Source: Gemmatimonadales bacterium
Lineage (GTDB): Bacteria; Gemmatimonadota; Gemmatimonadetes; Gemmatimonadales; GWC2-71-9
NCBI GenBank assembly: GCA_037189525.1
Contig: JBBCJC010000005.1
Coordinates: 992,001-1,056,000 of the forward strand
Length of the DNA stretch: 64,000 nt
Direction of reading: 5' to 3'
Position numbers and translations under genes: made by a program. The number at the start of each line of letters is the position of its first letter. The first letter of the stretch is position 1. The notes under the pieces are model-generated. The model did no database searches, had not been told where the DNA came from, and was given only the letters and a program-made list of their open reading frames with translations. Below are positions 10,519-21,057 of the stretch, piece after piece.

Positions 10519-10721
10519 GCATCCTCCACAGAGACGCGCTCGGCAGCTGCTCTTTCGTGCGTACCTTCCGACTGACCCCGTCAGGCCGATCGTCGAGATG
10601 AAGCGATCATGAAGGCGTCGACATGAACATGTGACACCTTGTTTGTTACTCAGGAAATCTTCGTGCCACAGTTTGCATCACTCACGATTCCTGCGCGGCA
10701 GGACATGCATGCCGTTGCGCT

Positions 10722-12023
10722 TCACGACTCCGGCAGAACACGCAGGCCGACCAGCATCTGCTCACCGGATACCGAGCGGAATGCTGCGACTTGCGACCAC
10801 GAAGTCGCAGACAGGGCCGAGATATCGATACTGCCCGACGGGAGTCCCATCTTGAGGTCGAGATCCCGGGTCAGCAGTGAAGCGCGAATCCGTCCGGCAA
10901 CCGTGTTGGTCAGTTCGTTGAGCACATCGGCAGCGCCTTCGTCCATCGACACGTCCATCCCGAGCATCTTGGCAGAAAGCCGAAGCACAGAGGATTCATC
11001 GCTGAGGAGCGACACCTCGAGCCGAACACCGCTCTCGGCCGTTCCCAGCACCAGCGTCGAACGGACCGGCAACTCGAGACGGGCGGTTTCGTCCGGGCCG
11101 AGATGTGTCGCGTCCTGGCCGGTCAAAACGCCGATGGTCTGCTGGGTCGCAGAGAGCACCTCCGGCAACAACTCCCCGGCCAGCAACTCGCGCAGACGAT
11201 CGATCGGCGCGACCAGCTTGAGCACCCCTCGTTCGAGCGCGCTGGAGAATTGCTCGGGGACGAAGGTCTTTCTGAGCACGCCATGGAACTGACTGGCCTT
11301 GTAGGGCTCGATCGGATCACTATTCGTCAGCAGATAGATTTCCGGAGGATCGGCTTTGTGCTTCGCGGCAATCCGTCGGAGCGTGGCTGCCATCTGCAGT
11401 TCATCGATAACCGGCAATGCCTCCGGCAACAGCACCACCCGCGGGAGCGGATTCCGCTCCTGAAACAGCATCGCAGCCCGCGGCGCTGAGGTCGCTTCGA
11501 TCACCTCGAAATGCGCCCCGAGCAGCGGCTTCGCAAAGGCCAGGAAATTCGGATCCGGCTCGACGATCAGCAGTTCCGCGGCGGCCCGCGCCGGCGCCTG
11601 CTGCCGGCGTCGATCGGCGTTCCGGAGCACCGTCCGGAAGCGCGGCAAGGCAAAGTCGTGCCGAACCGGTTTGAGCAGCAGGTCGCTGACACCGATCTCG
11701 ATGACTTCGCGAATCACACTGTTGTCACCGACCGCCGAGGTACAGACGACCGGCATGTTGCGATACTTTTCCGACGCCCGGATCGCCCGCAACGTTTCGA
11801 CGCCGTTCATGATCGGCATATCGATGTCGACAACGACGAGATCGGCCTTTGCGCTTCCCTCTTCGAGCATGTAGAGCAGCTCGAGACCGTTCTCAGCTTC
11901 CAGCGCCTCGACATCGAGCTGCTGCAGGACGCGCCGCAGCACGGTACGCATACCGCGCTCGCCGTCGGCAATCAGTGCAATCACGCGCCGTCTCCTCTCC
12001 AGATCGTTAGGTGGCCACGGCAA
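10722..12023 (-). CDS. REC + degenerate REC + CheX-like phosphatase fusion protein
   Basis: VVDIDMPIMNG...KPV receiver; second receiver-like fold lacking the phospho-Asp; C-terminal DVLNELTNTVAG. Confidence 0.8.
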   Translation of the reverse strand: MPWPPNDLERRRRVIALIADGERGMRTVLRRVLQQLDVEALEAENGLELLYMLEEGSAKADLVVVDIDMPIMNGVETLRAIRASEKYRNMPVVCTSAVGDNSVIREVIEIGVSDLLLKPVRHDFALPRFRTVLRNADRRRQQAPARAAAELLIVEPDPNFLAFAKPLLGAHFEVIEATSAPRAAMLFQERNPLPRVVLLPEALPVIDELQMAATLRRIAAKHKADPPEIYLLTNSDPIEPYKASQFHGVLRKTFVPEQFSSALERGVLKLVAPIDRLRELLAGELLPEVLSATQQTIGVLTGQDATHLGPDETARLELPVRSTLVLGTAESGVRLEVSLLSDESSVLRLSAKMLGMDVSMDEGAADVLNELTNTVAGRIRASLLTRDLDLKMGLPSGSIDISALSATSWSQVAAFRSVSGEQMLVGLRVLPES

Positions 12024-12035
12024 GTTACAGGCTAG

Positions 12036-12062
12036 CTATCGGAGAGATTCCGCTGCGCTTGA
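12036..12062 (-). promoter_or_regulatory. Putative sigma28 (FliA) promoter
   Basis: Minus strand TCAA-N15-TCCGATAG, 12 nt before the TTG start at 12023. Confidence 0.6.
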
Positions 12063-12238
12063 GCAGTGCAAGCAGATACGTTACGAATTCATCGATGCGT
12101 CATGATCCCTTCATGAAGCACCAGTCATCAACGCACAGACCGCGAGGCTTCTTTGCAATGCGCAGGTAGTGAAGTGTTCACGGCAACAATCTCGAAGACT
12201 GCACGCCGGGTGACTCCGCTGTATCATTCGGCGGGTGG

Positions 12239-12703
12239 ATGGATCGAGCATTCCCGCGCCATGGAGGAATCGTGCAGGAAGGGGTGAGACCTGCGGAGAC
12301 ACCGATGCCGGGCCGAACCCTTTCGAGGCCGGCACGGATCGGACTACAGGTTATCGGATTGGTCTGTGTCGCCCTGGGCGGGCTGGGCGTCCTGCTGCCC
12401 GGCCTGCCCACGACGCCGTTTCTACTGATTGCCGCCGCGGCGTTCGCGCGCTCGTCGCCCAGCCTTCATCGACGGCTGCTCGACAACCGGGTCTTCGGTC
12501 CGTTGATTCGGGACTGGCAGGCCAACCGTACCATCTCACCCGGCGCCAAGCTCAGCGCGGTGGCATCGATTGCGGTTTTGGGGGGAGCGACATTGGTCTT
12601 CCTGGTACCGCGCACGGCGGGGCGTATCGGGCTCGGGGCCATCATGCTGACGGTCGTCATCTGGTTAGTGACACGACCGTCGACACCGCGGAATCGACAG
12701 TAG
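12239..12703 (+). CDS. ybaN: YbaN/DUF454 family inner-membrane protein (true start may be 12272 or 12305)
   Basis: GVLLPGLPTTPFLLIAAAAFARSSPSLHRRLL...FGPLIRDW signature. Confidence 0.85.
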   Translation: MDRAFPRHGGIVQEGVRPAETPMPGRTLSRPARIGLQVIGLVCVALGGLGVLLPGLPTTPFLLIAAAAFARSSPSLHRRLLDNRVFGPLIRDWQANRTISPGAKLSAVASIAVLGGATLVFLVPRTAGRIGLGAIMLTVVIWLVTRPSTPRNRQ

Positions 12704-12713
12704 CGAGAACGTC

Positions 12714-13628
12714 CTACCGGGTGAACTGCCGCGCGCGGTCGCCGATCGCGCCGACCTCCACCAGGAACGCGTCCCGGCTATCCGGAGCAATGTCCAGTCG
12801 CTCGAACACCTCGGCCGGGGCTACATCGCCGCTCCCTTCCTGCGCCAGTTCGAGCCCGGCCGCGGTACAGAGCGCCTCGGCGCCCCACACGATGGCGGCC
12901 AGCGCCGCGGCTTCAGCGGGCGCATCCTCGGGCCGGTGGTGACAGGCCACCGACCACTGCACCACCGCAGGCAGCGCCCACCGTTCGAGCATCCGCCCGC
13001 CGATGCCTCCGTGGTCCATCCCGAGCAGGTCGATCTCGACCCGATACCGCGGCGCCATGTCCGCGTCGGTCGCCGACTGGACCTCCGCGAAATCCCCGCT
13101 GAAGAACTGGTCCTCGATCAGGAGCCCCACGTCGTGCAGCAGACCGGCCGTATAAGCCTCACCATCATCGACCGAGCCATATCGGCGGCTCAGCCCGGCC
13201 AGCCGCTCGGCCACGAGCCCGACCGCCGCCGAGTGCTCCCAATAGCGGGCATGGTCGAGCCCACCGGCGTTCTGTCCGAAGGCCCGCACGATTCCCACCG
13301 TCAGACACAGGGCTCGCACATTGGCGATCCCCAGCCGCCCGATGGCATCCCGCACGGTGGTCACGGCATCGCCCCGCGAGAACGCGGTTGAATTGGCCAC
13401 CCGGAGGACCCGCGCGGTCAGCGCCGGGTCCCGTTCGATGATCGCCCCGATGTCCCGAAGGCCGGACATCTCGTTGGCCAGGGCACGCTGTACTTCGAGC
13501 ACCAGACTCGGCAACGTCGGCAGCTGCTTACCACTGGTAAACAGGCCCTCGAGCCGGGTCGGAAATGTGGTCACGGATCCTCGCATTACTCTCAACTTTG
13601 TCCCAACGTTCTCAGGCCAGCCCATCAC
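12714..13628 (-). CDS. HDOD domain protein (start uncertain)
   Basis: LPTLP...IERDPALTARVLRVANS, YWEHS, TAGLLHDVG, DHGGIGG...W.LP. Confidence 0.9.
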   Translation of the reverse strand: MMGWPENVGTKLRVMRGSVTTFPTRLEGLFTSGKQLPTLPSLVLEVQRALANEMSGLRDIGAIIERDPALTARVLRVANSTAFSRGDAVTTVRDAIGRLGIANVRALCLTVGIVRAFGQNAGGLDHARYWEHSAAVGLVAERLAGLSRRYGSVDDGEAYTAGLLHDVGLLIEDQFFSGDFAEVQSATDADMAPRYRVEIDLLGMDHGGIGGRMLERWALPAVVQWSVACHHRPEDAPAEAAALAAIVWGAEALCTAAGLELAQEGSGDVAPAEVFERLDIAPDSRDAFLVEVGAIGDRARQFTR

Positions 13629-13794
13629 GGAAAATCAGGCTCGCCTCCTTCCATACCCGAACAAACACCTTCCCGTTCCCCCCATTCAACTGCAGGTTAC
13701 GGGCCGCCGCTGGGGTCATTGTCGGGCGGGTTGGGCCCCCGAGCAACTCGGCAGTAAGTTTCCTCCTGACAGTCCACGCCCATCGGAGACTCCC

Positions 13795-16410
13795 ATGTCT
13801 GATCTTCGGCCCCGCGCCTTGCGGGTCCTGTTGCTGCTCGCAGCAATCGCCGGCCCGGTATCCGCCCAGGCACCGACCACCGGAAAAGCAACCTCGACCG
13901 ACGAGGCGATCCGGTCCGAACTCTTCGTCGCCCCGCCCGACTCCATCGGCGCGGCGGTGCTTGCTCCGCGATACCTCAACATCTCACCGACCAACCCGAG
14001 CCCCGACAAGCTGCGCTTTGTTCATGAGGTGAGCGACGGGCCCGTGAGTATGGAGACCTTTTCCAAGCCATACGATGAGTTGGGCGGGCTCTTCATCGAC
14101 TTTGCCGCCAATCGGAACCGCACCCTGACTATCCGGAACTCGATGCGGATCGATCTGGTCTCGGCAACGGACGGACGGATCACGCGGGTCGAGACGCCGG
14201 CAGGCACGCGGGTATCGAACCCGACCTGGAGTCCCGACGGAAAGCAGCTGGCCCTCTACGTCCACACCCCGGACGCTACGCATATCTGGGTGGCCGATGC
14301 GGCAACCGGACGGGCCCGTCAGGTTACCCGTACGCCAGTCCTGGCCACGCTGCTAACCGACTTCAGCTGGACTGCAGACAGCCGCCAGATTGCGACGGTC
14401 CTGATTCCGACCGCCCGTGGCGCTCGACCCACCGCGCCGAAGGTACCGGTCGGGCCCCAGGTCAAGCTGGCCGAAGAAAAAGACAAGAACATGTTGCGCA
14501 CCTATCAGAGCCTGATGGCGACGCCCACCGATCAGGCGGTACTCAAGTGGCATACGACGGGTCAGCTCGCGCTGATCGACGTCGGCAGCCGCGCCGTCAC
14601 GCCGGTCGGCGCGCCGGCGATGATCCGTACCATCGAGGCCGGCTCGGGAGGGGCGTACCTCCGGGTTACCCGGATGGTGGAGCCTTTCTCCTATGTGGTA
14701 CCGGTCTCGAGCTTCGGAACCGTCGACGAAGTCTGGAATACCGATGGTACCGTCTTGGCGACCATCGATCGCCAGCCCTTGAACCTGGGCGTCGACACCA
14801 CCCGCACCCCATCCGCACCTGGCGTGGGCGGTGGCGATGGCAACATCCGGCGTCGTGAAATTGCCTGGCGGGCCGACGGCAAAGGCCTCTCGTTCCTGGA
14901 GCAGGAACCGGCCGCCGAGGGAGCCGACAGCGCCCGAAGCACCGAGGACGGCACCCCCGCATCCCGGCGGCGGGATCGGGTCATGCTGTGGCCGGCGCCG
15001 TTCGACAGCACCAAGGTGACCGTGGTGTACTCGACGACCGGCCGGATCACCAACCATCGGTTCTCTCCGGACCACAGCGTGCTGTTCGCGACGGAGCGCA
15101 CCGGGCAGAACATTCACGAATATGCCGTGGTGCTGGCCGACCCCGACAAGAAGATCACGCTGGCTCGCTATCGCGCCGACGACGTGTACAGCAATCCGGG
15201 CAACCTGATCCTGGCCAAGAGCGCGGTGCAGGCGCCCAATACGTTCGCCTTCCAGTTCGGCGGGGGCCCGCGTGGCGCCCGCGTGGTTGAGGTCTCGCCC
15301 GATGGGCAGAGTGCGTACTACTACGGCGTGGCTTACGACAAGAACCCGCAGGCCGTGGGGCCTCGCAGCTTCATCGACCGCGTCGGGATCCGCGACGGTA
15401 AGAAGACCCGCGTCTTCGAGAGCGACAACGCCGGCACCTTCGAGCGCGTGCTCGCTACGCATGACATCGAAGCCCGCCAGCTGGTGGTGTCCCGCGAATC
15501 GCAGACCGCCGTTCCCCAGGCATTCGTGCGTGACGGCGATCGCCTGACGCAGATCACCCGGAACATCGACTATACGCCGGACCTGACCAACGCGCCGCGC
15601 GAGAGCTTCATCGTCGAGCGGCCGGACGGCTTCAAGTTCAAGGTCAACGTGACGCTTCCGCCCGGCTACCAGCCCGGTACGCGGCTGCCGGCCATGTTCT
15701 GGTTCTACCCGCGCGAGTTCACGGGGCAGGACGAGTATGATCGCGGGGCGCGGACGTTCAACAAGAACGAGTTCCCGAACTTCAATCCCCGCTCGATCCA
15801 GTATCTGGTCCGGCTGGGCTACGCGGTGGTCGAACCCGATGCACCGATCGTGGGGTCGACCGGGCAGCAGAACAACAACTACGAGAACGACCTGCGCAAC
15901 AACCTGGCGGCGGTGATCGACGAGGTCGACCGGCGGGGCCTGGTCGACCGGACCCGCTTAGGGATCGGCGGACACAGTTACGGGGCGTTCTCGACCGTGA
16001 ACGCGATGTCTCACACGCCGTTCTTCAAAGCCGGTATCGCCGGCGACGGCAATTACAACCGGACCCTGACTCCGCTGGCCTTCCAGACCGAGCGGCGGAC
16101 CCTGTGGGAGTCACGGGACACCTATCTCAGCATGTCGCCCATCCTGCACGTCAACAACCTGACGGGCGCATTGCTGATGTATCACGGAATGAGCGATCAG
16201 AACGTGGGGACCGAGCTGTCCAACTCGCCGAGACTGTTCCATGCCTTGAACGGGCTGGGCAAGGTCACCTCGCTCTACCTCTACCCGTTCGAAGATCACG
16301 GCCCGGCCACCAAGGAAACCCTGCTCGACCTCTGGGCCCGGTGGTCGGCCTGGCTCGACAAGTACGTGCGCACGCCCGCACCAGCGGAAAGTAAGCCGGT
16401 TTCGGAATGA
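13795..16410 (+). CDS. Exported S9 family (prolyl oligopeptidase-like / glutamyl) peptidase
   Basis: Signal peptide ending VSA-Q; beta-propeller WSPDG repeats; GGHSYGA nucleophile; YPFEDHG. Confidence 0.88.
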   Translation: MSDLRPRALRVLLLLAAIAGPVSAQAPTTGKATSTDEAIRSELFVAPPDSIGAAVLAPRYLNISPTNPSPDKLRFVHEVSDGPVSMETFSKPYDELGGLFIDFAANRNRTLTIRNSMRIDLVSATDGRITRVETPAGTRVSNPTWSPDGKQLALYVHTPDATHIWVADAATGRARQVTRTPVLATLLTDFSWTADSRQIATVLIPTARGARPTAPKVPVGPQVKLAEEKDKNMLRTYQSLMATPTDQAVLKWHTTGQLALIDVGSRAVTPVGAPAMIRTIEAGSGGAYLRVTRMVEPFSYVVPVSSFGTVDEVWNTDGTVLATIDRQPLNLGVDTTRTPSAPGVGGGDGNIRRREIAWRADGKGLSFLEQEPAAEGADSARSTEDGTPASRRRDRVMLWPAPFDSTKVTVVYSTTGRITNHRFSPDHSVLFATERTGQNIHEYAVVLADPDKKITLARYRADDVYSNPGNLILAKSAVQAPNTFAFQFGGGPRGARVVEVSPDGQSAYYYGVAYDKNPQAVGPRSFIDRVGIRDGKKTRVFESDNAGTFERVLATHDIEARQLVVSRESQTAVPQAFVRDGDRLTQITRNIDYTPDLTNAPRESFIVERPDGFKFKVNVTLPPGYQPGTRLPAMFWFYPREFTGQDEYDRGARTFNKNEFPNFNPRSIQYLVRLGYAVVEPDAPIVGSTGQQNNNYENDLRNNLAAVIDEVDRRGLVDRTRLGIGGHSYGAFSTVNAMSHTPFFKAGIAGDGNYNRTLTPLAFQTERRTLWESRDTYLSMSPILHVNNLTGALLMYHGMSDQNVGTELSNSPRLFHALNGLGKVTSLYLYPFEDHGPATKETLLDLWARWSAWLDKYVRTPAPAESKPVSE

Positions 16411-16895
16411 TTCGATCGTACGCGATGCGGCAGGTCCGCATTCTGATGGCATTGACCCTGGCCCTCGGAGCCGCTTCGTGCGGCTCCGACTCCTCCGGTC
16501 CCGACGTACCCGATATCGAAACGACGACCTTTGCCGCGTCGTTAGGCGTCGATCTCGGTGCGATGACCAGGACGGCTTCCGGGCTCTACTGGAGGGACTT
16601 GGCGACCGGCACCGGGACGACCGTCACCGTCGGGCGGCAAGTGACCGTTTTCTATACCGGCTGGCTGGCCAACGGCACCCAGTTCGACTCGAACATCGGG
16701 GGCAATGCCCTCGGATTTCGCGTCGGACTGGGAGAGGTCGTACCCGGATTTGACGAGGGCGTCCGCGGCATGGCCGTGGGAGGAGAACGTCAGATCATCA
16801 TTCCTCCGGCGCTGGGCTACGGCGCCTCCGACAACAGCAGAATTCCTCCCAACTCGATTCTGGTATTCCGTGTCAGGCTCGCCTCGGTACAATAG
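16407..16895 (+). CDS. FKBP-type peptidyl-prolyl isomerase, lipoprotein
   Basis: Lipobox-like LGAAS-C; YTGWLANGTQFDS, VVPGFDEGV, IIPPALGYG, IPPNSILVF. Confidence 0.92.
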   Translation: MIRSYAMRQVRILMALTLALGAASCGSDSSGPDVPDIETTTFAASLGVDLGAMTRTASGLYWRDLATGTGTTVTVGRQVTVFYTGWLANGTQFDSNIGGNALGFRVGLGEVVPGFDEGVRGMAVGGERQIIIPPALGYGASDNSRIPPNSILVFRVRLASVQ

Positions 16896-16898
16896 TCT

Positions 16899-17930
16899 CT
16901 ACTCGCCAAGCGGCCGATGGATCGCATCGGCCGCCTGGCCTGCCCGGCTCCGCGCCGACGAATCCCCGAATATTTTCTCACCGTCGTAACGGCCGTTCTC
17001 GATGAAAACCTCGGAAATGAACTTCCCCGCCGTCAGACTCCCCGCGAGATAGACGCCCGGCACATTGGTCTCGAGCGTCACGGGATCGTGGGTCGGCCGG
17101 CCCGTCTCCGGATCGAGTTCGATGCCGATCCGCTGCAGGAGTCCGAAGTCGGGCCGGTAGCCCGTCAGCAGAAACACACGATCCGCAGCTAGCGTCTCAT
17201 CGCCGTCGGGACCCTGGACCGTTACCTGCTGCCGGGTGATCTCGGCCACCGTCGTATTCCAACGCACCGCGATTTCCCCCGCGGCGACCCGATTCAGGAA
17301 ATCCGGCCTGAGCCAGTACTTCACGCTCGGCTTGAGTTCGGGACCCCGATGGACCACCGTGACCTTCGCACCGACCCGAAACGCCGCCAGGGCGAGTTCG
17401 ATGGCCGAGTTCTTGGCGCCGACGATCACGACAGCGAGCCCCGCCAGGGGATGCGCTTCCTCGGGATAGTGCGTCACATGCGGGAGGTCCTCGCCGGGCA
17501 CGTCGAGCCGGTTGGGATGACCGAAATAGCCGGTCGCCAGAACCAGGCGCTCGGTCACGACCAGCTCAGGCCGTATTTCGCCTAACGTGCGCTCCAGGAA
17601 GCAGTGGATCGTCCCGTCCCGCCGTTGGGCGCCCACCAGCCTGGTGTACGAGTGGACCCGGAGTCCTTCGACCCGGGCCACACCGCGATAGTACATCAGG
17701 GCATCCTCGCGCGTGGGTTTCGCGCCCGAGGTGACGATCGGATGATTGCCGATCTCGAGTCGCTCCGGCGTCGTAAAAAAGGACATCCCATTGGGATAGC
17801 GAACGATCGATTCGGCAATCGCCCCGGCATCGATGACCGCCGGGTCGAATCCCCGCCGTTTGGCGGCAATGGCCGAGGCCAGCCCGATAGGCCCGGCGCC
17901 GACGATGAGGACTGGTTCATGTGGATGCAT
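16899..17930 (-). CDS. ypdA: YpdA family putative bacillithiol disulfide reductase
   Basis: GAGPIG, YPNGMSFFTTPERLEIG, KPTREDALMYY, KYWLRPD, FIENGR. Confidence 0.88.
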   Translation of the reverse strand: MHPHEPVLIVGAGPIGLASAIAAKRRGFDPAVIDAGAIAESIVRYPNGMSFFTTPERLEIGNHPIVTSGAKPTREDALMYYRGVARVEGLRVHSYTRLVGAQRRDGTIHCFLERTLGEIRPELVVTERLVLATGYFGHPNRLDVPGEDLPHVTHYPEEAHPLAGLAVVIVGAKNSAIELALAAFRVGAKVTVVHRGPELKPSVKYWLRPDFLNRVAAGEIAVRWNTTVAEITRQQVTVQGPDGDETLAADRVFLLTGYRPDFGLLQRIGIELDPETGRPTHDPVTLETNVPGVYLAGSLTAGKFISEVFIENGRYDGEKIFGDSSARSRAGQAADAIHRPLGE

Positions 17931-18054
17931 GGCTGCAAAAATAGCGACCCGGCCGCCTCAACGATCGGGCCCCCGACAGCGTATTATTAAGATGGGCCTA
18001 TTGGCCCGCCCCCTTCAAATCCCTGTTACGCCCCTGCCTCTTCCGAGGAACCGT

Positions 18055-20976
18055 ATGTCTCGTTTTACCCCCTGGATTCGCCTTGCCACCCTGGCCGTCC
18101 TCGCCGTCGGCGGGGCCGCCCCGGCGTCGGCCCAGTCAGGCCAATCCGTCGACCAGGAATACACCCGCCTGATGCGGGAGTATCTGCGCGACCCCCGCGT
18201 GACCACCGAGCTGGTCGACCCGATGCCTGCCTCCTCGACCGTGCCGACGCCGCTCAAGTTCCTGGGCCGGATCGTCGGTACCCCGGGCGAGCTGACCTAC
18301 ACCAAGGACATCTACCGCTACTTCCGGGCGCTGGATGCGGCCTCCGATCGGGTCACCGTCTGGAGCATCGGACAATCCGAAGAGGGGCGCGAGATGATCG
18401 TGCTGGCGGTGTCCGACGCCGCCACGATCAAGCAGCTCGAGAAGTACCGGGGCATGCTGGCGCAGCTCACCGACCCGCGTAAGACGACCGAAGCGGAAGC
18501 GCGCCGCCTGATCGGTTCGGCCAAGCCGTTCTACTGGATCACCACCGGCCTGCACTCGCCCGAAACGGGCGGGCCCGAGGTCGTGATGGAGCTCGCCTAC
18601 CGGCTGGCCGTGACGGAAACACCGTACGTCAAAGCCATTCGAGACAACGTCGTCACCTTCATCACGCCCGTCCTCGAACCGGATGGCCGCGACAAACAGG
18701 TCGACACCTACTACTACAACAAGGCCCTCCCCGCCGGATCCCAGCGTCTGCCGCTGATGTACTGGGGCAGATATGTCGCCCACGATAACAACCGGGACGG
18801 CATGGGACAGTTTCTGGCGTTGACCCGGAATTCCACCAAGTTCCTGCTCAACTGGAAGCCGACCGTGATGCACGACCTGCACGAGTCGGTGCCCTACCTC
18901 TACGCCTCGACCGGCACCGGCCCGTACAACGAATCGATCGACCCGATCACGATCGACGAGTGGTGGCTGATGTCGAAGACGGAAGTCGTCGAGCTCACCA
19001 AGCGGGGCGTGCCTGGGGTCTGGACCTACGGCTTCTACGACGGCTGGGTCCCGAACTATCTCTTCTTCCTGGCCCACAGCCACAACTCCATCGGCCGGTT
19101 CTACGAGGTCCAGAGCTACGGCCCGGACACCAGCACGGTGCGCAACCCGCCGGCGCGCACCAGCCGCGAATGGTTCCGCGGCAACCCGCCGCTTCCGTCG
19201 ATTGCCTGGGGCCCCCGCAACAACGCCAACATCCAGCAGTCGGCGCTGCTCGTCGTGCTGAATCACGTGGCCAAGAACCGCGAGATGTACCTCGAGAACT
19301 ACTGGATCAAGAACAAGCGGGCAGTCGACAAAGGCCGTAACGGTCCCAACCACGCCTGGGTGGTGCCGGCCAACCAGCGCCGGAAGGCCGATGCCGTCGC
19401 GGCCATCAACGAACTCTGGAGACAGGGCCTCGAAATCCATCGGGCCACCAGCGCATTCACAGCCGGGAAGGTGTCGGTCCAGCCGGGAGACTTCATCATC
19501 CGCGGCGACCAGCCCTATCACACCCTGGCCGACATGTACTTCTCGGTCCAGAATTTTCCGCCCGAGAATCCGCGGCCGTATGACGATACCGGGTGGACCT
19601 TCCCGCTGATGCGGAACGTGGTCATCACCCCGGTCGGTGACAAGAGCATTCTGACCCAACCGATGGCTCCGGTCACCGGCGAGTCGCGCGCACCTGGCGG
19701 CATCGAAGGCAGCGGATCGGTGGTCGTGGTCGACCATACGACCGACAACAATCTGATGACCTTCCGGTACCGCCATGCCAATGTCGCCATGGACGCGGCG
19801 CAGGAAGGATTCACCGCGGGCGGCCGGCAGTTCCGCGCCGGCTCGTTCATCATCCGCAATGCCGACCTGGCCGCGCTCGGTAAGACCCTGACCGACCTGG
19901 GCCTGACCGGCTATGCCGTGGCCTCGGCGCCAACGGTCAAGACCCACACCATGGACCTGCCGCGCATCGGGTATGTCCATGCCTGGCAGCGCACCCAGGA
20001 CGAGGGCTGGATTCGCGCCGCGCTCGATACCTATGAGGTTCCCTACACCTACTTTGCCGACCAGAAGCTCCGCGACGGCAACCTGCGTAGCAAGTACGAC
20101 GTGATCATCTATCCGCACGTCGGCGGCACCCCGGTAGCCCAGATCAACGGCATCGCCAAGGTCGACGACCGGCCGCTGCCCTACCGTAAGACCGACAAGA
20201 CGCCCCATCTCGGCGTCAACGATCAGAGCGACGACATCCGGGGCGGGATGGGTCTGGAAGGACTGGCGGAACTCGCCAAGTTCGTCCGCGACGGCGGCAC
20301 CCTGATCGTCGAGGGCGCCACCTCCACCATTTTCCCGGCGTTCGGCCTCACCTCCGGGATCACCATCGAGGAGCCGGCGGACCTGTTCGTGCGCGGCTCG
20401 ATCATGCGCGGCATCGTCTCCGATCGCACCAGTCCGATCGCGTACGGCTTCGATGCCCAGCTGCCGGTCTACTTCAACCAGGCCCCCGTGCTGAGCACCG
20501 GCGGTGGTGGCGCCTCCGGACTGGCGGCCGTCTTCAGCGGCGCCAACAGCGGCCCGGGACAGAATGTGACGCCGATGGCCTCACGGCTCACTCTCTCGCC
20601 CTGGATTACCGATTCCTCAGCGCACACCGGCGCGCCCCGGACCGGACCGGGCCAGGACGAGCAGGTCGCCCAGTTCCGGCAGATGGCCCGCCAGTTCGGG
20701 CTGAGCACCGAGTCGGCCGACCCGCGCGTCGTGATGCGCTTCCCGACCAACCCGAACGACATGCTGCTGTCAGGTACGCTGGCCAACGGTCAGTACCTCT
20801 CGAACCGGGCGCAGGTCATCGATGCGCCGGTCGGCAGCGGACATGTGGTGATGTTCGGCATCCGTCCGTTCTGGCGCTGGCAGACTCACGGAACCTTCTT
20901 CCTCGGGTTCAACGCGATCCTGCATTGGAACGATCTCAACGCGGGACGCAACGGCCCGGCCAACGCGGGACAGTAG
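18055..20976 (+). CDS. Exported M14 family zinc carboxypeptidase
   Basis: Signal peptide; LHSPE (HxxE), DNNRD, HDLHE. Confidence 0.85.
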   Translation: MSRFTPWIRLATLAVLAVGGAAPASAQSGQSVDQEYTRLMREYLRDPRVTTELVDPMPASSTVPTPLKFLGRIVGTPGELTYTKDIYRYFRALDAASDRVTVWSIGQSEEGREMIVLAVSDAATIKQLEKYRGMLAQLTDPRKTTEAEARRLIGSAKPFYWITTGLHSPETGGPEVVMELAYRLAVTETPYVKAIRDNVVTFITPVLEPDGRDKQVDTYYYNKALPAGSQRLPLMYWGRYVAHDNNRDGMGQFLALTRNSTKFLLNWKPTVMHDLHESVPYLYASTGTGPYNESIDPITIDEWWLMSKTEVVELTKRGVPGVWTYGFYDGWVPNYLFFLAHSHNSIGRFYEVQSYGPDTSTVRNPPARTSREWFRGNPPLPSIAWGPRNNANIQQSALLVVLNHVAKNREMYLENYWIKNKRAVDKGRNGPNHAWVVPANQRRKADAVAAINELWRQGLEIHRATSAFTAGKVSVQPGDFIIRGDQPYHTLADMYFSVQNFPPENPRPYDDTGWTFPLMRNVVITPVGDKSILTQPMAPVTGESRAPGGIEGSGSVVVVDHTTDNNLMTFRYRHANVAMDAAQEGFTAGGRQFRAGSFIIRNADLAALGKTLTDLGLTGYAVASAPTVKTHTMDLPRIGYVHAWQRTQDEGWIRAALDTYEVPYTYFADQKLRDGNLRSKYDVIIYPHVGGTPVAQINGIAKVDDRPLPYRKTDKTPHLGVNDQSDDIRGGMGLEGLAELAKFVRDGGTLIVEGATSTIFPAFGLTSGITIEEPADLFVRGSIMRGIVSDRTSPIAYGFDAQLPVYFNQAPVLSTGGGGASGLAAVFSGANSGPGQNVTPMASRLTLSPWITDSSAHTGAPRTGPGQDEQVAQFRQMARQFGLSTESADPRVVMRFPTNPNDMLLSGTLANGQYLSNRAQVIDAPVGSGHVVMFGIRPFWRWQTHGTFFLGFNAILHWNDLNAGRNGPANAGQ

Positions 20977-20998
20977 CCGCCGGGCAGTACCGGAACAA

Positions 20999-21037
20999 AA
21001 CGCGGGGCGCGGACGGATTTCGTCTGCGCCCCGCGTT
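20999..21037. terminator. Hairpin between convergent genes, probable terminator
   Basis: AACGCGGGGCGCGGACG / CGTCTGCGCCCCGCGTT stem. Confidence 0.7.
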
Positions 21038-21057
21038 GCTTGGTCCGGATGGAAGGT

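Noticed and set aside
10520..10720. Sigma28 promoter or CRP/FNR site directly upstream of cheA
   Set aside because: Only poor matches (TCAT-N14-GACGATCG and a lone TGTGA half-site).
13321..13794. Long N-terminal extensions in the ORF track (S9, M14, leuA, leuC, ECF sigma, DUF4397-like)
   Set aside because: They overlap neighbouring genes; downstream starts with RBS, signal peptide or stop/start overlap fit better.
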